The notes under the pieces: generated by a model
What the model saw: only the letters and a program-made list of their open reading frames with translations
Databases searched by the model: none
What the model was told of the DNA's origin: nothing
Program-made: the position numbers and the translations under genes
NCBI GenBank assembly: GCA_001002405.1
Contig: LCOA01000002.1
Location: 1 to 54,801 of the forward strand
Source of the DNA: Candidatus Amesbacteria bacterium GW2011_GWA1_47_20
GTDB taxonomy: Bacteria > Patescibacteriota > Microgenomatia > CAZETR01 > Amesbacteraceae
Length of the DNA: 54,801 nt
Reading direction: 5' to 3'
Shown here: positions 33,572-43,565 of the stretch, piece by piece
Position numbering within the stretch: the first letter of the stretch is position 1
How the letters are laid out: each line of letters starts with the position of its first letter

Positions 33572-35188
33572 AAAGAGTAATAAGCTCCAAGAAATTGTAG
33601 ATAATATGTTTCCAATGGTTCTGATGGGAGTATTGGTGAGACGAGCGGTGACGGTGTGTTTGCCGGGAGATAAATCGACTTGCATACGACCTAGGATCTT
33701 GTCACGAGAAGGGTCAATAGTTACTTCTTTACCATCTACCCAGATCTTCCAGCCAGGGAAATAGTAGGTCTGCAGTTCGGCTACGGCCGTAGGGGTCCAG
33801 GTGGTGATTAAGTATTCCTGACGATTGGATTTTTTGACTAGAGTTGAATAAATACCATCCCCCGCAACAAATTTTATGTCCTCTAAGGCCGGATCGGCTG
33901 GGGGTTGCGGAGCCCAGATGGGCAGATAATCAAAGATGCCGGAAGTAATTAACAGCTGCCAGGATTTGCCGGAAAACTTTTTGGTATCGGTCATGTCTGG
34001 GTACCATTGGCGGGGATGGAAGTAGTTCGAGTTAATTAAGATGACTAAGCAGACTAAGATGATTAAGGTTCTTTTAGAAATAATTAGGGCTATGGCCCCA
34101 GAAAGAAATGAGGCAGCAAAAATTGAGATGGTTAAGAACCGCCAAGGAAATTGCAGAAACTCAAGTGGAGGAAAAGCCTTCCATATGGGCGTGGCTTTGA
34201 AGTGGGACATAAACAAAAAACTCAAAGTGCCAAGTGCAAAAAACAAAACTAATGAGAAATGTTTTTTAAGATTTTTAGTGAATGGGAGAAGAACTAGGAT
34301 GATGGCAGGGATAATCCAGTGCAGGTAGCCCAGGGCGAAACTCATGGTATCTCCCCGACCGTAAACAGATTCTCCATAACCCCAATTGATACGCAAAAAT
34401 ATCTGGTTTAAATCAAGAAAGTGAGCTAAGTAGTTGAAGTAACCGGCGGTTAGAGTCCAGACGGAAACGAATTTGGTTTCGAAAAGGACGGGGAGAGTGA
34501 AGAAGGCGGCCAGGCCGAGAGCCCAGAGGGCGGAGAAGAATAAATTTCTAATTGACCTAATTGAACTAATTGACCTAAATTTAAATGTCCAGAAAAGACA
34601 CCAGATGACCAGGACCGGGGCGAAGATCATGAGAATGGGATTGTGGGATAGCATCAAACCGGCAACAGATATGGCTACGAGGGGAATGTATTTTGCCCCA
34701 TCGTGAATGAGTTTGTAGGAAAAATAGAAAATGGCTGGAAAGAGCGCTAGAGCCCAGAATTCATTCATGGCTCCCCTAACGTAAAAATCCACCGAGTGAT
34801 ACGGTGCGTAAGTGTAGAATGCGGCGGCTACCAGACCGCCCAGTCTACCCCAAAACTCTCTGCCCAAAAAATACATAGAAGCAGCCGCGGTGATAAAACC
34901 CAAGACACCTACGGATTTGACTACGTCGATATATTGAAAGCCCAGCCAGCGGAAAGGCTGGCCAATAAGATACGGCAGGGGTGGATAATAATTAAAAAGC
35001 GGGTAACCGTAACCATAACCTAAATCCAGACTCCAGCGGCAAGGAAACTGGAGGTCTACCAAACATTGATCCATCTTTTGCTGGCGGATGGACTGCATAT
35101 CATCATGCATAGAGAAATAACCCCTCTGCACCAGCGGAGCAAAGGCGGGGAGAATGAGAAGCAAGAGCAAGACCAAGTCCTTTTTCAT
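33530..35188 (-). CDS. PTPS-related/YfhO-like polytopic membrane protein (paralog of 9956-11455)
   Basis: MHDDMQSIRQQKMDQCLVDLQFPCRWSLDLGYGYGYPLFNYYPPLPYLIGQPF and the C-terminal YYFPGWKIWVDGKEV. ATGA overlap at 35185-35188. Confidence 0.55.
   Translation of the reverse strand: MKKDLVLLLLLILPAFAPLVQRGYFSMHDDMQSIRQQKMDQCLVDLQFPCRWSLDLGYGYGYPLFNYYPPLPYLIGQPFRWLGFQYIDVVKSVGVLGFITAAASMYFLGREFWGRLGGLVAAAFYTYAPYHSVDFYVRGAMNEFWALALFPAIFYFSYKLIHDGAKYIPLVAISVAGLMLSHNPILMIFAPVLVIWCLFWTFKFRSISSIRSIRNLFFSALWALGLAAFFTLPVLFETKFVSVWTLTAGYFNYLAHFLDLNQIFLRINWGYGESVYGRGDTMSFALGYLHWIIPAIILVLLPFTKNLKKHFSLVLFFALGTLSFLFMSHFKATPIWKAFPPLEFLQFPWRFLTISIFAASFLSGAIALIISKRTLIILVCLVILINSNYFHPRQWYPDMTDTKKFSGKSWQLLITSGIFDYLPIWAPQPPADPALEDIKFVAGDGIYSTLVKKSNRQEYLITTWTPTAVAELQTYYFPGWKIWVDGKEVTIDPSRDKILGRMQVDLSPGKHTVTARLTNTPIRTIGNILSTISWSLLLFLGFRGRRHRSITL
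34542..34578. repeat. 37-nt element, copy B, inside the PTPS-related membrane protein gene
   Basis: aatttctaattgacctaattgaactaattgacctaaa, same orientation as copy A. Encodes FRSISSIRSIRN in a different reading frame. Confidence 0.9.
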
Positions 35189-36663
35189 AGTTTTTTAACT
35201 TCAAAAAACAGTAGATATTCCTGGGTACCGTCGGGTTTGACGGCCTTGGGGTAGGAAGAAATCAGTTTCAGTCCTAATTGGTCCGGGTCGCCTTGGAAAC
35301 GGGTGGAGTTGATGACTAAAAATACTTGATTATCGGCTAAGGCAGATTTAAGTTTGTCGGGCACAGAATCAATCCACACTCCAACGCCAACGATTCTTAC
35401 TGTAGGGAGATCGTTTAAATACAGCTGGAGGGCGTCAAAGGGGGTACCAAAAAATCCTTCGCTGCCTACTAAAACTGGACCGGCGGCGGCGGACTGGCGC
35501 AGGCGCCGAGCTACGTCGCGTAGGCCGTATCCAGCTGTCCAGTCTTCCAAATATCCCGATCTCTCAATGCGCGGCAGCGGTAAAGATTCAGGACTAGTGA
35601 CGGCTAAATAATTTATGATCAGAGCCGGAACAATGATCAATCCTGCTGCAGCAACAGATAAAAAATGTTTCTGGGTGCGTTGACCGATATGTTCCAGCGC
35701 GTGAGCAATTAAAATAACGGCAAAGGGTACGGTAAACATCAGGTAACGGGCGGTGAATGCCCGAGCCACGGCAGATTGCACCAGAGTGGGGCCTAGCCAC
35801 CAAGCGACTAAAACTAGGCGGGCTTGCCAATGGGATTTGCTTCCAGCTAAAACACCGGAAACGGCGGCCAATAATCCTAAGGGGGTAAGAAAATACGCCA
35901 GGAAAAGAAGTGTGTCCTTGAGATGGGGTAAGAACGGATCGAGGGGATGAGCTAAGACTTCTGCTAAGGGGAATACGTAATCCGCGTTGCGCAGAGCGAT
36001 CATGTGGAATTCTGGTCCCAGGCGCAGAATGTTGTACATGCCAAAGGCAATGACATAAGTAGTGAGTAGATACAGCAAATGTTTTGGGTGGGGTTTAACG
36101 ATGAGGAAACTGAGAGGCAAGAGACCAAAGGCGAAAATGGCCGGAGATTTGGTCAGCCAGGCAAACCCTAGAGCAAAACCGGCAAACATGGCCAGATCTA
36201 ATCGCTTGTGCACAAAAGACAGATACGAAAAGACAAATGTCCACACCAAAAACATGGTCAATAAACTGTCTGTTAGGGCCATACGGTCAAAGAAAACAAA
36301 ATACGGAATAACCGCGGCCAACAAACCCGCTATAAGAGAAAGACGGAGATTAGAAAATAGAAAGTAGGAGACGAGAGCGATGCCGACGACGGAACCTAAA
36401 CCGGCTAGGGCCGAGAGAGCCCGGCCGGCTAGAAGCGGATCGGAGAAAAGTTTCAACAGAGGGATGGTGGCCCACATGAAGAGAGGTTGTTTACCATCGG
36501 AGAGAGGCAGGAAGCGTAAAGTAGACTCTGCCCGCATGACCTGGGACCAACGGACATAAATGGCCTCATCTGCAAAAATGGGGAAAGAGTTAAGATTCCA
36601 AAAACGAAGTGCTCCTGCTAGCAAAAGAATGATTAGACTAGTTATCCAGAAGTTTTTGCTCAT
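35185..36663 (-). CDS. ArnT/PMT_2-type GT-C membrane glycosyltransferase
   Basis: First-loop FADEAIYVRWSQVM (DExxY motif), GKQPLFMW, and about 11-12 TM segments. Confidence 0.75.
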   Translation of the reverse strand: MSKNFWITSLIILLLAGALRFWNLNSFPIFADEAIYVRWSQVMRAESTLRFLPLSDGKQPLFMWATIPLLKLFSDPLLAGRALSALAGLGSVVGIALVSYFLFSNLRLSLIAGLLAAVIPYFVFFDRMALTDSLLTMFLVWTFVFSYLSFVHKRLDLAMFAGFALGFAWLTKSPAIFAFGLLPLSFLIVKPHPKHLLYLLTTYVIAFGMYNILRLGPEFHMIALRNADYVFPLAEVLAHPLDPFLPHLKDTLLFLAYFLTPLGLLAAVSGVLAGSKSHWQARLVLVAWWLGPTLVQSAVARAFTARYLMFTVPFAVILIAHALEHIGQRTQKHFLSVAAAGLIIVPALIINYLAVTSPESLPLPRIERSGYLEDWTAGYGLRDVARRLRQSAAAGPVLVGSEGFFGTPFDALQLYLNDLPTVRIVGVGVWIDSVPDKLKSALADNQVFLVINSTRFQGDPDQLGLKLISSYPKAVKPDGTQEYLLFFEVKKL

Positions 36664-37363
36664 ACTTGTTAGTATACCTGATGCGCCACAGGTCGCGGAA
36701 CATATTGACCACGCCTTCCCAAAAACGCACGGAACTACCGGGAGCGTCGGCCCAAGTAACGGGCATTTCCAGGATTTTTAATCCTGCCCTCTCGGCCAGA
36801 TACAGAATCTCCACATCAAACATAAAGCGGTCGATCTGACTCCGAGCAAATAGCTGGCGGGCGATAGACCCGCGGAAAACTTTGAATCCGCATTGAGTGT
36901 CTTTAAAACGACGCAACCCGACTAAGATATATTTAATTTGATCGAAAATTATGGAAGCTAACTTGCGAAAAATTGGCGGTTTTTTGTTAATGTGAGATTT
37001 AGCTTGTCCCCGAGAGCCAATGACAATATCTACGCCATTTAGCTGTTTAAGTATCTTTGGCACTTCGGATAGGGGTGTGGAGAGATCGGCGTCCATAAAA
37101 AGTACCGGATCTCCCCGGGAAGCCAAAACTCCGGTGCGCACGGCGTAACCTTTGCCACGATTGGGGTGGTAACTGATTAAACGGGCGCGGGGTGTTTTGG
37201 CAATAACTCGAGTCACCGTCTGGACGGTGGCGTCACTTGAGCCATCATCCACAATGATCAATTCAAAATCGGGATAGTGGGTACGGAAAAACTTGAGAAC
37301 TGATCCCAGGAGCGGCCCCAAGCGCTTGGCCTCATTAAAGCTGGGTATGATTACGGAGAGCAT
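36638..37363 (-). CDS. Polyprenyl-phosphate glycosyltransferase (GT2, ALG5/DPM1/GtrB-like)
   Basis: LSVIIPSFNEAKRL, IIVDDGSSDAT, FMDADLSTPLSE and DTQCGFKVFRG. ATG 37363 preferred over the track start 37432. Confidence 0.8.
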   Translation of the reverse strand: MLSVIIPSFNEAKRLGPLLGSVLKFFRTHYPDFELIIVDDGSSDATVQTVTRVIAKTPRARLISYHPNRGKGYAVRTGVLASRGDPVLFMDADLSTPLSEVPKILKQLNGVDIVIGSRGQAKSHINKKPPIFRKLASIIFDQIKYILVGLRRFKDTQCGFKVFRGSIARQLFARSQIDRFMFDVEILYLAERAGLKILEMPVTWADAPGSSVRFWEGVVNMFRDLWRIRYTNKYEQKLLDN

Positions 37364-38084
37364 ATGCGTTGGTAAGGGCGCGCCAGCGGACAAGAAATAA
37401 TTCAGTAACTCCGGCAATGGCGTCGCGGACAAAACTCACCCGGCGGGTTTCCTGATGCCGCCAGGAAACAGGAACCTCCGTTATTTTGTAGCCCAGTTTG
37501 CGCCCGAGATACAACATCTCCAAATCAAAGCCAGGATTGACCGCGGGGCCAGACACAACACCGGGAACGTGGACCTTGTTCATGACGGCAAAAATTTTGC
37601 GGGCAGCGAGTTTGTTAAAAGCCTTAAAGCCGCATTGAGTGTCCCAAAATGGCAGACGGAGAATGAGAGTGCGCATAATAATCATCCCAAAAGCTAAAAT
37701 TTTTCTAAAAACCGGGGCGTTGGGACGACCGGAACGGGAACCGATGGCAATGTCTGTTCCAAATTTAAAAAGCGGAATAAATTTGTCCAGCTCGGAAATG
37801 GGCGTGGCCTGATCCATATCGGTAAAGAGAATAATATCCCCGGCGGCAGCCAGAGCACCGGTGATGACCGTGGCGGCTTTGCCCTGGTGAGGGTTGTCTA
37901 TAATTCTGATAGGGTATTTTTGCAATAAAGAGAGAGTGGCATCCGAGGAGCCGTCGTTGACGGCGATTATCTCCCAGGAATATTTCTGTTTTTTAAGATA
38001 TTCAAGAGCTACATCCAAAGATCCTCGCCGGAGGTTGTCTTCTTCGTCATAGGCCGGAATAATAACAGATAAATATGGTTTCAT
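37335..38084 (-). CDS. Polyprenyl-phosphate glycosyltransferase (GT2, ALG5/DPM1/GtrB-like), tandem paralog
   Basis: LSVIIPAYDEEDNL, AVNDGSSDAT, FTDMDQATPISE and DTQCGFKAFNK. ATGA overlap at 38081-38084. Confidence 0.8.
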   Translation of the reverse strand: MKPYLSVIIPAYDEEDNLRRGSLDVALEYLKKQKYSWEIIAVNDGSSDATLSLLQKYPIRIIDNPHQGKAATVITGALAAAGDIILFTDMDQATPISELDKFIPLFKFGTDIAIGSRSGRPNAPVFRKILAFGMIIMRTLILRLPFWDTQCGFKAFNKLAARKIFAVMNKVHVPGVVSGPAVNPGFDLEMLYLGRKLGYKITEVPVSWRHQETRRVSFVRDAIAGVTELFLVRWRALTNAYALRNHTQL

Positions 38085-39586
38085 TCGGTTTTAACCACTA
38101 AATAAGCGGGGACGCGATTGGCAAAGTATACCTTGTCTAGAATCTGATGGGAAGGGATGTCCACTTCCGGCAGGCTCCAAGTAGAACCAATAAGTAAATT
38201 CCCAAGAGTAGCTTTTTCTATTTTCCAATCAATGTGTCTAAACTCGAAATTTGCAAATCCCCGGGGCGTGATTGAATTCCAATAGTCCTGGGGGCGAATT
38301 CGGCCGTAGAACAGCAAATAAATGTCCGGAACTCCTTTGATGGTGGGGCCGTCTTTGCCAAAATCCGGGTCGATGACGATGGTGGAATATTTATCACGAT
38401 TCGCCAGGGCAACGCGGGCAATTTGAGCCGAGGGATCGAAACTGTAATCGGATTTTTGCATGACAGAATGCAGCAGATAATAATCCGCCACAAAGACAAA
38501 GTTGACCAGATAGGCCAAGAGAATCAGATGCTTGAATTTAGGCCAGGCCATTTGCAAACCCACAGCAATAATAATGACCAAGGGTAATACCAAAGCCAGA
38601 GAACGAATGGGGTGATAATCGTTAAGGGTGAGACTAGCTGGCAAAGGGGAGATAACAATCCACCACCACAACGCCTTCGGGAAAATCCGGCGACGAATGA
38701 CGGTTATCAGACCAACGACAAATAACGGCAACTCGATTAAATAGGCCACGCCGGCATCCACCAACTGATTTAAAGTTAAATCCAATCCCCGGAAAAATAA
38801 AAACGAGGGGTCGAAGTACTGCAAGTAGCGGTTGACCACCGACCAGACAACCAGCCAGGCGCGGGACAGATCTATGCGGCCCAGGCTTTGAGAAATGGCG
38901 GTATTGATTTCCACATCGCCCGTCACCAAAGTTTGGCCGATGCGGGATTGCCCGCCAACTAAAAGTAAGGGTACGAGTAAGAGGAGAACTAAGAACGAGG
39001 CTTTGGGCAGGGATTTTTTGTAAATGGCCCACAGACCCAAACCCAACAAGGGGGCTAAGAGTTTGGGCGTGTGATAGGTGTACATGGACAAGACCAAGAG
39101 GAAGGTCCCCAAAACCGGGCGGCGGAAATTTAAGAGAGAATAAAAAGCGGCCAGTAACAGCGTGAAAGCCACATTCACCTCATAACTGCCCCGGGTAAAA
39201 CGGATGTGCCACGGGGATATAGCTAGCAACAGTCCGGCCAGTAATGCCAGATCCCGACGGCGGGTAATGCGGTAAGTTACCAAGTAGGTTAAGAGAACGG
39301 CTAAGACGCTAAAGACGGCCGAGGGGAAACGCACGGAAAATTCGGTCAGGCCAAAAACGGCCACGCTGGGTACAGTCAGATACAGGTAGACGGGCGGCTT
39401 GAAATCTCCCAAAGATTGAAAAACCAAGGGCATAGTTTTTTGGTACTGGTCCCGACCAGAGAGCAAAAGGGCATAGGCGTTGTAACCGATAGACACTTCA
39501 TCTACGTTTAAAAACGGCGGGTAACTCCCCAGCAAGCCCAGACGAAGAACGGCGGCGATAATAATCAGGCTAATTAGTCGGTACAT
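38081..39586 (-). CDS. GT39-like GT-C membrane glycosyltransferase, paralog 7
   Basis: FLNVDEVSIGYNAYALLLSGRDQYQKTMPLVFQSLGDFKPPVYLYL and ISPWHIRFTRGSYEVN. ATG 39586 (MYRLISL...) preferred over the track start 39676. Confidence 0.8.
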   Translation of the reverse strand: MYRLISLIIIAAVLRLGLLGSYPPFLNVDEVSIGYNAYALLLSGRDQYQKTMPLVFQSLGDFKPPVYLYLTVPSVAVFGLTEFSVRFPSAVFSVLAVLLTYLVTYRITRRRDLALLAGLLLAISPWHIRFTRGSYEVNVAFTLLLAAFYSLLNFRRPVLGTFLLVLSMYTYHTPKLLAPLLGLGLWAIYKKSLPKASFLVLLLLVPLLLVGGQSRIGQTLVTGDVEINTAISQSLGRIDLSRAWLVVWSVVNRYLQYFDPSFLFFRGLDLTLNQLVDAGVAYLIELPLFVVGLITVIRRRIFPKALWWWIVISPLPASLTLNDYHPIRSLALVLPLVIIIAVGLQMAWPKFKHLILLAYLVNFVFVADYYLLHSVMQKSDYSFDPSAQIARVALANRDKYSTIVIDPDFGKDGPTIKGVPDIYLLFYGRIRPQDYWNSITPRGFANFEFRHIDWKIEKATLGNLLIGSTWSLPEVDIPSHQILDKVYFANRVPAYLVVKTE

Positions 39587-40796
39587 AGTAATGCAGACGG
39601 AATAATACAGGAGTACCAAATGGATCATAAACCACGGGCTCAAAGGTATCTTTGGGCTGAAGCGGGTGTTTGCCAAGCCATTTTGCGGAGACCAAAGAAA
39701 TGGGGCCGGGTGACTGAAGGCGAGGATCGTCGGGAGAGACGACTTCGATAAGGCCTATGCGGCGGATGAAATCCCGGAAATGATATGAATTTTTAGAAAG
39801 AGACGGAGGAACCGGACGCAGATGGAAGGCCAAATATGGCCCTGGGTCGGGATAGACGTCGTCGGCCAAAAGTACTGGGGAACTGGCTAGATTTATCACT
39901 TCTGAAAGTCCCCACCCGCGATCAACCCAGGTACGATGGGGTAAGAAATGGGTGGAGAAATAAGCCATGGGCAAAAGTAAGACCAGGCCCAAATAAACGG
40001 CGACGCGGGGAAGGTAACGGCCGGCCATAAGTATGAGCGACAGGTAAAACGGAAATGGCGTGATACCAAATCCGGCTAAGAGCAGAGACGCGATAGCCAG
40101 GACGGCAATGAGTTTAGACGGGCGGCGGAAAAGAAAAGGCAGGAGAATGATAAGCAAGGGGGGGATTTTCTGAGCCTTATCGCCAAAGCCAAAAAGAAAT
40201 GAGGGGTTGAGAGCCGAAAAAATATTTTGCAAGTAAACCAAAACAAAGTAAAGTTTGTTGTGCAATATTTTGGCTAAAAGTGGAAAGGCGGAGTGTTCCC
40301 CCCGGAGAGAATTGATGGTGGTAATTAAGCTTTGGGAGACAAAAGACGGCTTAAGAGCCAAAGCGGCGGCGATGGTTAAAATAACGGCCGGAATGATAAA
40401 CTTTTTTCTTTTGAGGGCGGCGATGAGTAGACTTAGAAACAAGACAACTAATTTGGCATCGTAATTACCAGGCCAAAGAAAGGCCGGGGTAGCCAAAAAA
40501 ACTAATCCTAATGTAGGCGAAGAAAAAGCAACCGCGAGAAGCATGGCAGGTAAAAGCCAGACGAGAAACTCAAAACCCAATACCCCAAATGGGACAAACA
40601 GGTAACTGGTAAGGGGAAATTGGTAACCGGCGGGACCATGGAAAAGATAGGGCAAGACGTTGCCTACTTCATCCCGGCCGAAACGCAGGAGCGTCCAGGC
40701 TCGGTAAGAATGCAAAAAATAATCGGTGGTTTGACCTATGTTTAGCAGGAGGTAAAGTTTAATTACAATTAGAATTAGGAGTGTCAATTTTTTCAT
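39570..40796 (-). CDS. Degenerate GT39-like paralog (first acidic motif eroded)
   Basis: GQTTDYFLHSYRAWTLLRFGRDEVGNVLPYLF aligns to WDEAALGYNAYSLLLTGRDE with WDE replaced by TDY. ATG 40796 forms an ATGA overlap with the upstream stop. Confidence 0.5.
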   Translation of the reverse strand: MKKLTLLILIVIKLYLLLNIGQTTDYFLHSYRAWTLLRFGRDEVGNVLPYLFHGPAGYQFPLTSYLFVPFGVLGFEFLVWLLPAMLLAVAFSSPTLGLVFLATPAFLWPGNYDAKLVVLFLSLLIAALKRKKFIIPAVILTIAAALALKPSFVSQSLITTINSLRGEHSAFPLLAKILHNKLYFVLVYLQNIFSALNPSFLFGFGDKAQKIPPLLIILLPFLFRRPSKLIAVLAIASLLLAGFGITPFPFYLSLILMAGRYLPRVAVYLGLVLLLPMAYFSTHFLPHRTWVDRGWGLSEVINLASSPVLLADDVYPDPGPYLAFHLRPVPPSLSKNSYHFRDFIRRIGLIEVVSPDDPRLQSPGPISLVSAKWLGKHPLQPKDTFEPVVYDPFGTPVLFRLHYYVPTN

Positions 40797-42181
40797 TTGG
40801 TGAAGCCAAACATGGGGTCGGTGAGGTTGGAATTGGCTCCGGAGCAAGACTGCTTTACTTGATCAGGAAAGTAGCGGTTTTGGTCGGGAAGAACTACTCC
40901 CAAACCCCCAAAGGTGGCATCCAGACGACCGGCCCGGGTATGGGGAAAAACTATGGTGTATACGGGGCTACCGCTATCTGGGTTGTTAACGTGCAAGTTT
41001 TTCAACCAGAAGAAATACCGGTAGCCTAGTTCACGGCCTGGGCTAGTCATATAAGAAATAGCGATACAGGGAAAATCTTGGCGCTTAGCATCTGCAACTA
41101 TATATGCAACTACATTTTTTCTTTCCACGTAGCCATTACCGTCGCCTTTAGAAGATAAGAAGAGGAATAAGTTTAACCCCAGAAAAGCGATAAGAAGTGT
41201 AGTAGTCCGTAAACGAGATAACCGAGTAACTATAAGTGCCATGGCAACTAACCAGATAATGTTTAGGCCATTTAGGTAATATTCGGAAAGGAGTATGGGG
41301 TGAAGAGTGAAAAAAAAGATATACAACAATATCCAACCGGCAAAAATTAAACGTCGCTGGTGAGTTAGCAAGGTGATTAGAAGAAGTATCGGCAGGAAGT
41401 AAATATATGGTTCGTGAGTATCAAAGCCAACGATGTTGTTAATGTTTTTTGAAGTGTAGTGAATAACTTTATGGAGCTTATCGAGGTAGTCCGGACGGAT
41501 AGAGGAAGAAGTAAAGCTGGAGATCAAAGACCTGGATTGGATGAAGTCGTGCTTGGTTTCAAACAAAATCAGAGGAGAAGTAGTAACAATAAAAATTAGG
41601 CCGGCGACAATCCAAGTTTTTAACGCGTGTTTGCGAAAGAAAACCAACGGGGCCAACAGACCCAGAGCCAGATGAATATGCCACACTAACCCAAAAAGAA
41701 AAGCACTCAAGTACAATCGGCCGGTCATGATAGCGTAATAAAACCAAATGGACCACAGCATGACCGGCGTAGTGGGCACGACTCCCCTATCGGTACTGGC
41801 TAACATGTACGACCCGGCGTAAAACAGAGTCGTTATGACGGCCATTTTCTGGCCATGAAGTTTGGTGATCACGTAATACAGACTAAAAAGCGAGGCCGCA
41901 CCGATGACTACTGAAAGCCCCAAGCCCCCCACGGGGTCCATGTTGGTTACGAAGTAAAAAGGAATTAAGGAGTAGTAAAAAAGCGGGCCGATGTAAATCC
42001 CTGGAGAAGAGGTGAGTTGACCAACTAGGCGTAAATGTTTGTCCACTACTACGTCTTTGATAATCCACGAGGCCAGGTCACCGTCGTGGCCGTAACCGTA
42101 ACGAGCTACCAGCTGATAGGTGCGCATGAACATCCCCAACACAAAAATCAAAATTATGAAGATGCGTGATTTACTGATCAT
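40793..42181 (-). CDS. GT-C-like membrane protein, second subfamily (DxGxD loop ... LIGP/VGQ ... GPxFYY)
   Basis: YGYGHDGDLASWIIKDVVVDKHLRLVGQLTSSPGIYIGPLFYYSLIP. Homologous to 42171-43565 and to the C-terminal half of 43562-45712. AT-richer than its neighbours. Confidence 0.5.
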   Translation of the reverse strand: MISKSRIFIILIFVLGMFMRTYQLVARYGYGHDGDLASWIIKDVVVDKHLRLVGQLTSSPGIYIGPLFYYSLIPFYFVTNMDPVGGLGLSVVIGAASLFSLYYVITKLHGQKMAVITTLFYAGSYMLASTDRGVVPTTPVMLWSIWFYYAIMTGRLYLSAFLFGLVWHIHLALGLLAPLVFFRKHALKTWIVAGLIFIVTTSPLILFETKHDFIQSRSLISSFTSSSIRPDYLDKLHKVIHYTSKNINNIVGFDTHEPYIYFLPILLLITLLTHQRRLIFAGWILLYIFFFTLHPILLSEYYLNGLNIIWLVAMALIVTRLSRLRTTTLLIAFLGLNLFLFLSSKGDGNGYVERKNVVAYIVADAKRQDFPCIAISYMTSPGRELGYRYFFWLKNLHVNNPDSGSPVYTIVFPHTRAGRLDATFGGLGVVLPDQNRYFPDQVKQSCSGANSNLTDPMFGFTK

Positions 42182-43565
42182 AGAGAAGGCGTGTGCGACG
42201 GCTGACTGTAAGTGGACCGAAAGTTAACGTAGTGTCGATTTTACCAATGCCATCCTGACGAGTTTGCCAAGCGGATAAAAATTGAGGGTGTTCACCATCC
42301 GGTTCATAAATAGTGTATAGCCGCGAAACTAATTGTGCAGAAGGTCGGGCCGATTTTCCCCGCCAGAGGAAGAGATAGTCATAGGCGTGGGGAATAACCG
42401 GGGGAACGTAGACATCGGTGTTAAACGACTGGCCGGCGGCATCCTGATAAATCCAATCCACAGCCTGGATTTGGGGCGTGAGAGTAATGTAGCCTGGAAG
42501 AGTCTGGCGGAAGTATGCCAGATGATACGACACGTTTTGGAAAATAAAAACCGCCAGAAAAATGGCTGCGGCCCAGCGGCCGGCGGATAGCCAAATGGCG
42601 GCGATTAAAAGCGTAAAAGCCGGATAGACGCCGGTAAAATAATAGTCCCAAATGTAATCGTGGTTGCCGTGATAAAAAAGCAGGAGAATCAAGGGGGTGA
42701 CCCACCAGACAATAAGAATGGTGGTAGGCAGTGGCGGCAGCTTGCGGCGAACAAGTAAAAAGAGAGCGGGTAGAGACACGGCAAAAATAGCCCAGGCCCG
42801 GTCGGTGGTGAAATACTTGTTGGTAAAAATGGTGTAGTAAAAATTGAGACGTTTGGTATATGCCCCCAGATTGGGCTGGAAACTTCTTTCACTGACCAGG
42901 AAACGTTTGAATGAGTTGAATAAAATGTTCTGATGGCGGAAATTGAAAACAATTTGGGGCATGAGCGTCAAGCCAAAAAGCAGCAGGGCGACCAGGGGAA
43001 TCTTTAACTTATGCAGAAAAGCGATAATTAGAATCGCAGGCAGGAAAAAGATCGCAGAGGCGGCTTCCAGCTGCAAAGACAGACCGGCACACAGACCCAC
43101 TAACCACCAGCGGCGCTTAAGAAGTGAGTCGAGAGTAAGCACGGCAAACAGAGGTAAGGGTGTAGGATTGGACAGCCAGCGCTGATAGCCGACAAACTGC
43201 TGGGACACTGCGGTAATAAAAGCCGCCACCAGGCCTACATTGGGTCCCAAGAATTCCTCACCGAGCTTGTATATATAGTAAATGGCCAGGACGTTTAAGA
43301 GAGCCAAGAAGACCGCCGGGTACACCGGATTGCCGCCACCTAAGATATAAGCCGGGGTGATGAGGTAATAATAAAATGGCCCTAGAAAAATGCCTTCGAT
43401 ACCGGTGGTGGGGCCAATGAGGGTGAGTTTGCCAGAGTGCCAAATGTCCCACACCACTTTGGCATCCCGACCCTGGTCAAACCAAAAACCCAAAAAATCC
43501 GCCACTCGGTAAGTGCGGAGAAAAAGAGCCAGGGCTAAGATTGCAATGAGTAAGATCTTTTTCAT
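42171..43565 (-). CDS. GT-C-like membrane protein, second subfamily
   Basis: GFWFDQGRDAKVVWDIWHSGKLTLIGPTTGIEGIFLGPFYYYLITP. ATG 43565 (MKKILLIAIL) forms an ATGA overlap with the upstream stop; the track start is 43622. Confidence 0.55.
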   Translation of the reverse strand: MKKILLIAILALALFLRTYRVADFLGFWFDQGRDAKVVWDIWHSGKLTLIGPTTGIEGIFLGPFYYYLITPAYILGGGNPVYPAVFLALLNVLAIYYIYKLGEEFLGPNVGLVAAFITAVSQQFVGYQRWLSNPTPLPLFAVLTLDSLLKRRWWLVGLCAGLSLQLEAASAIFFLPAILIIAFLHKLKIPLVALLLFGLTLMPQIVFNFRHQNILFNSFKRFLVSERSFQPNLGAYTKRLNFYYTIFTNKYFTTDRAWAIFAVSLPALFLLVRRKLPPLPTTILIVWWVTPLILLLFYHGNHDYIWDYYFTGVYPAFTLLIAAIWLSAGRWAAAIFLAVFIFQNVSYHLAYFRQTLPGYITLTPQIQAVDWIYQDAAGQSFNTDVYVPPVIPHAYDYLFLWRGKSARPSAQLVSRLYTIYEPDGEHPQFLSAWQTRQDGIGKIDTTLTFGPLTVSRRTRLLYDQ

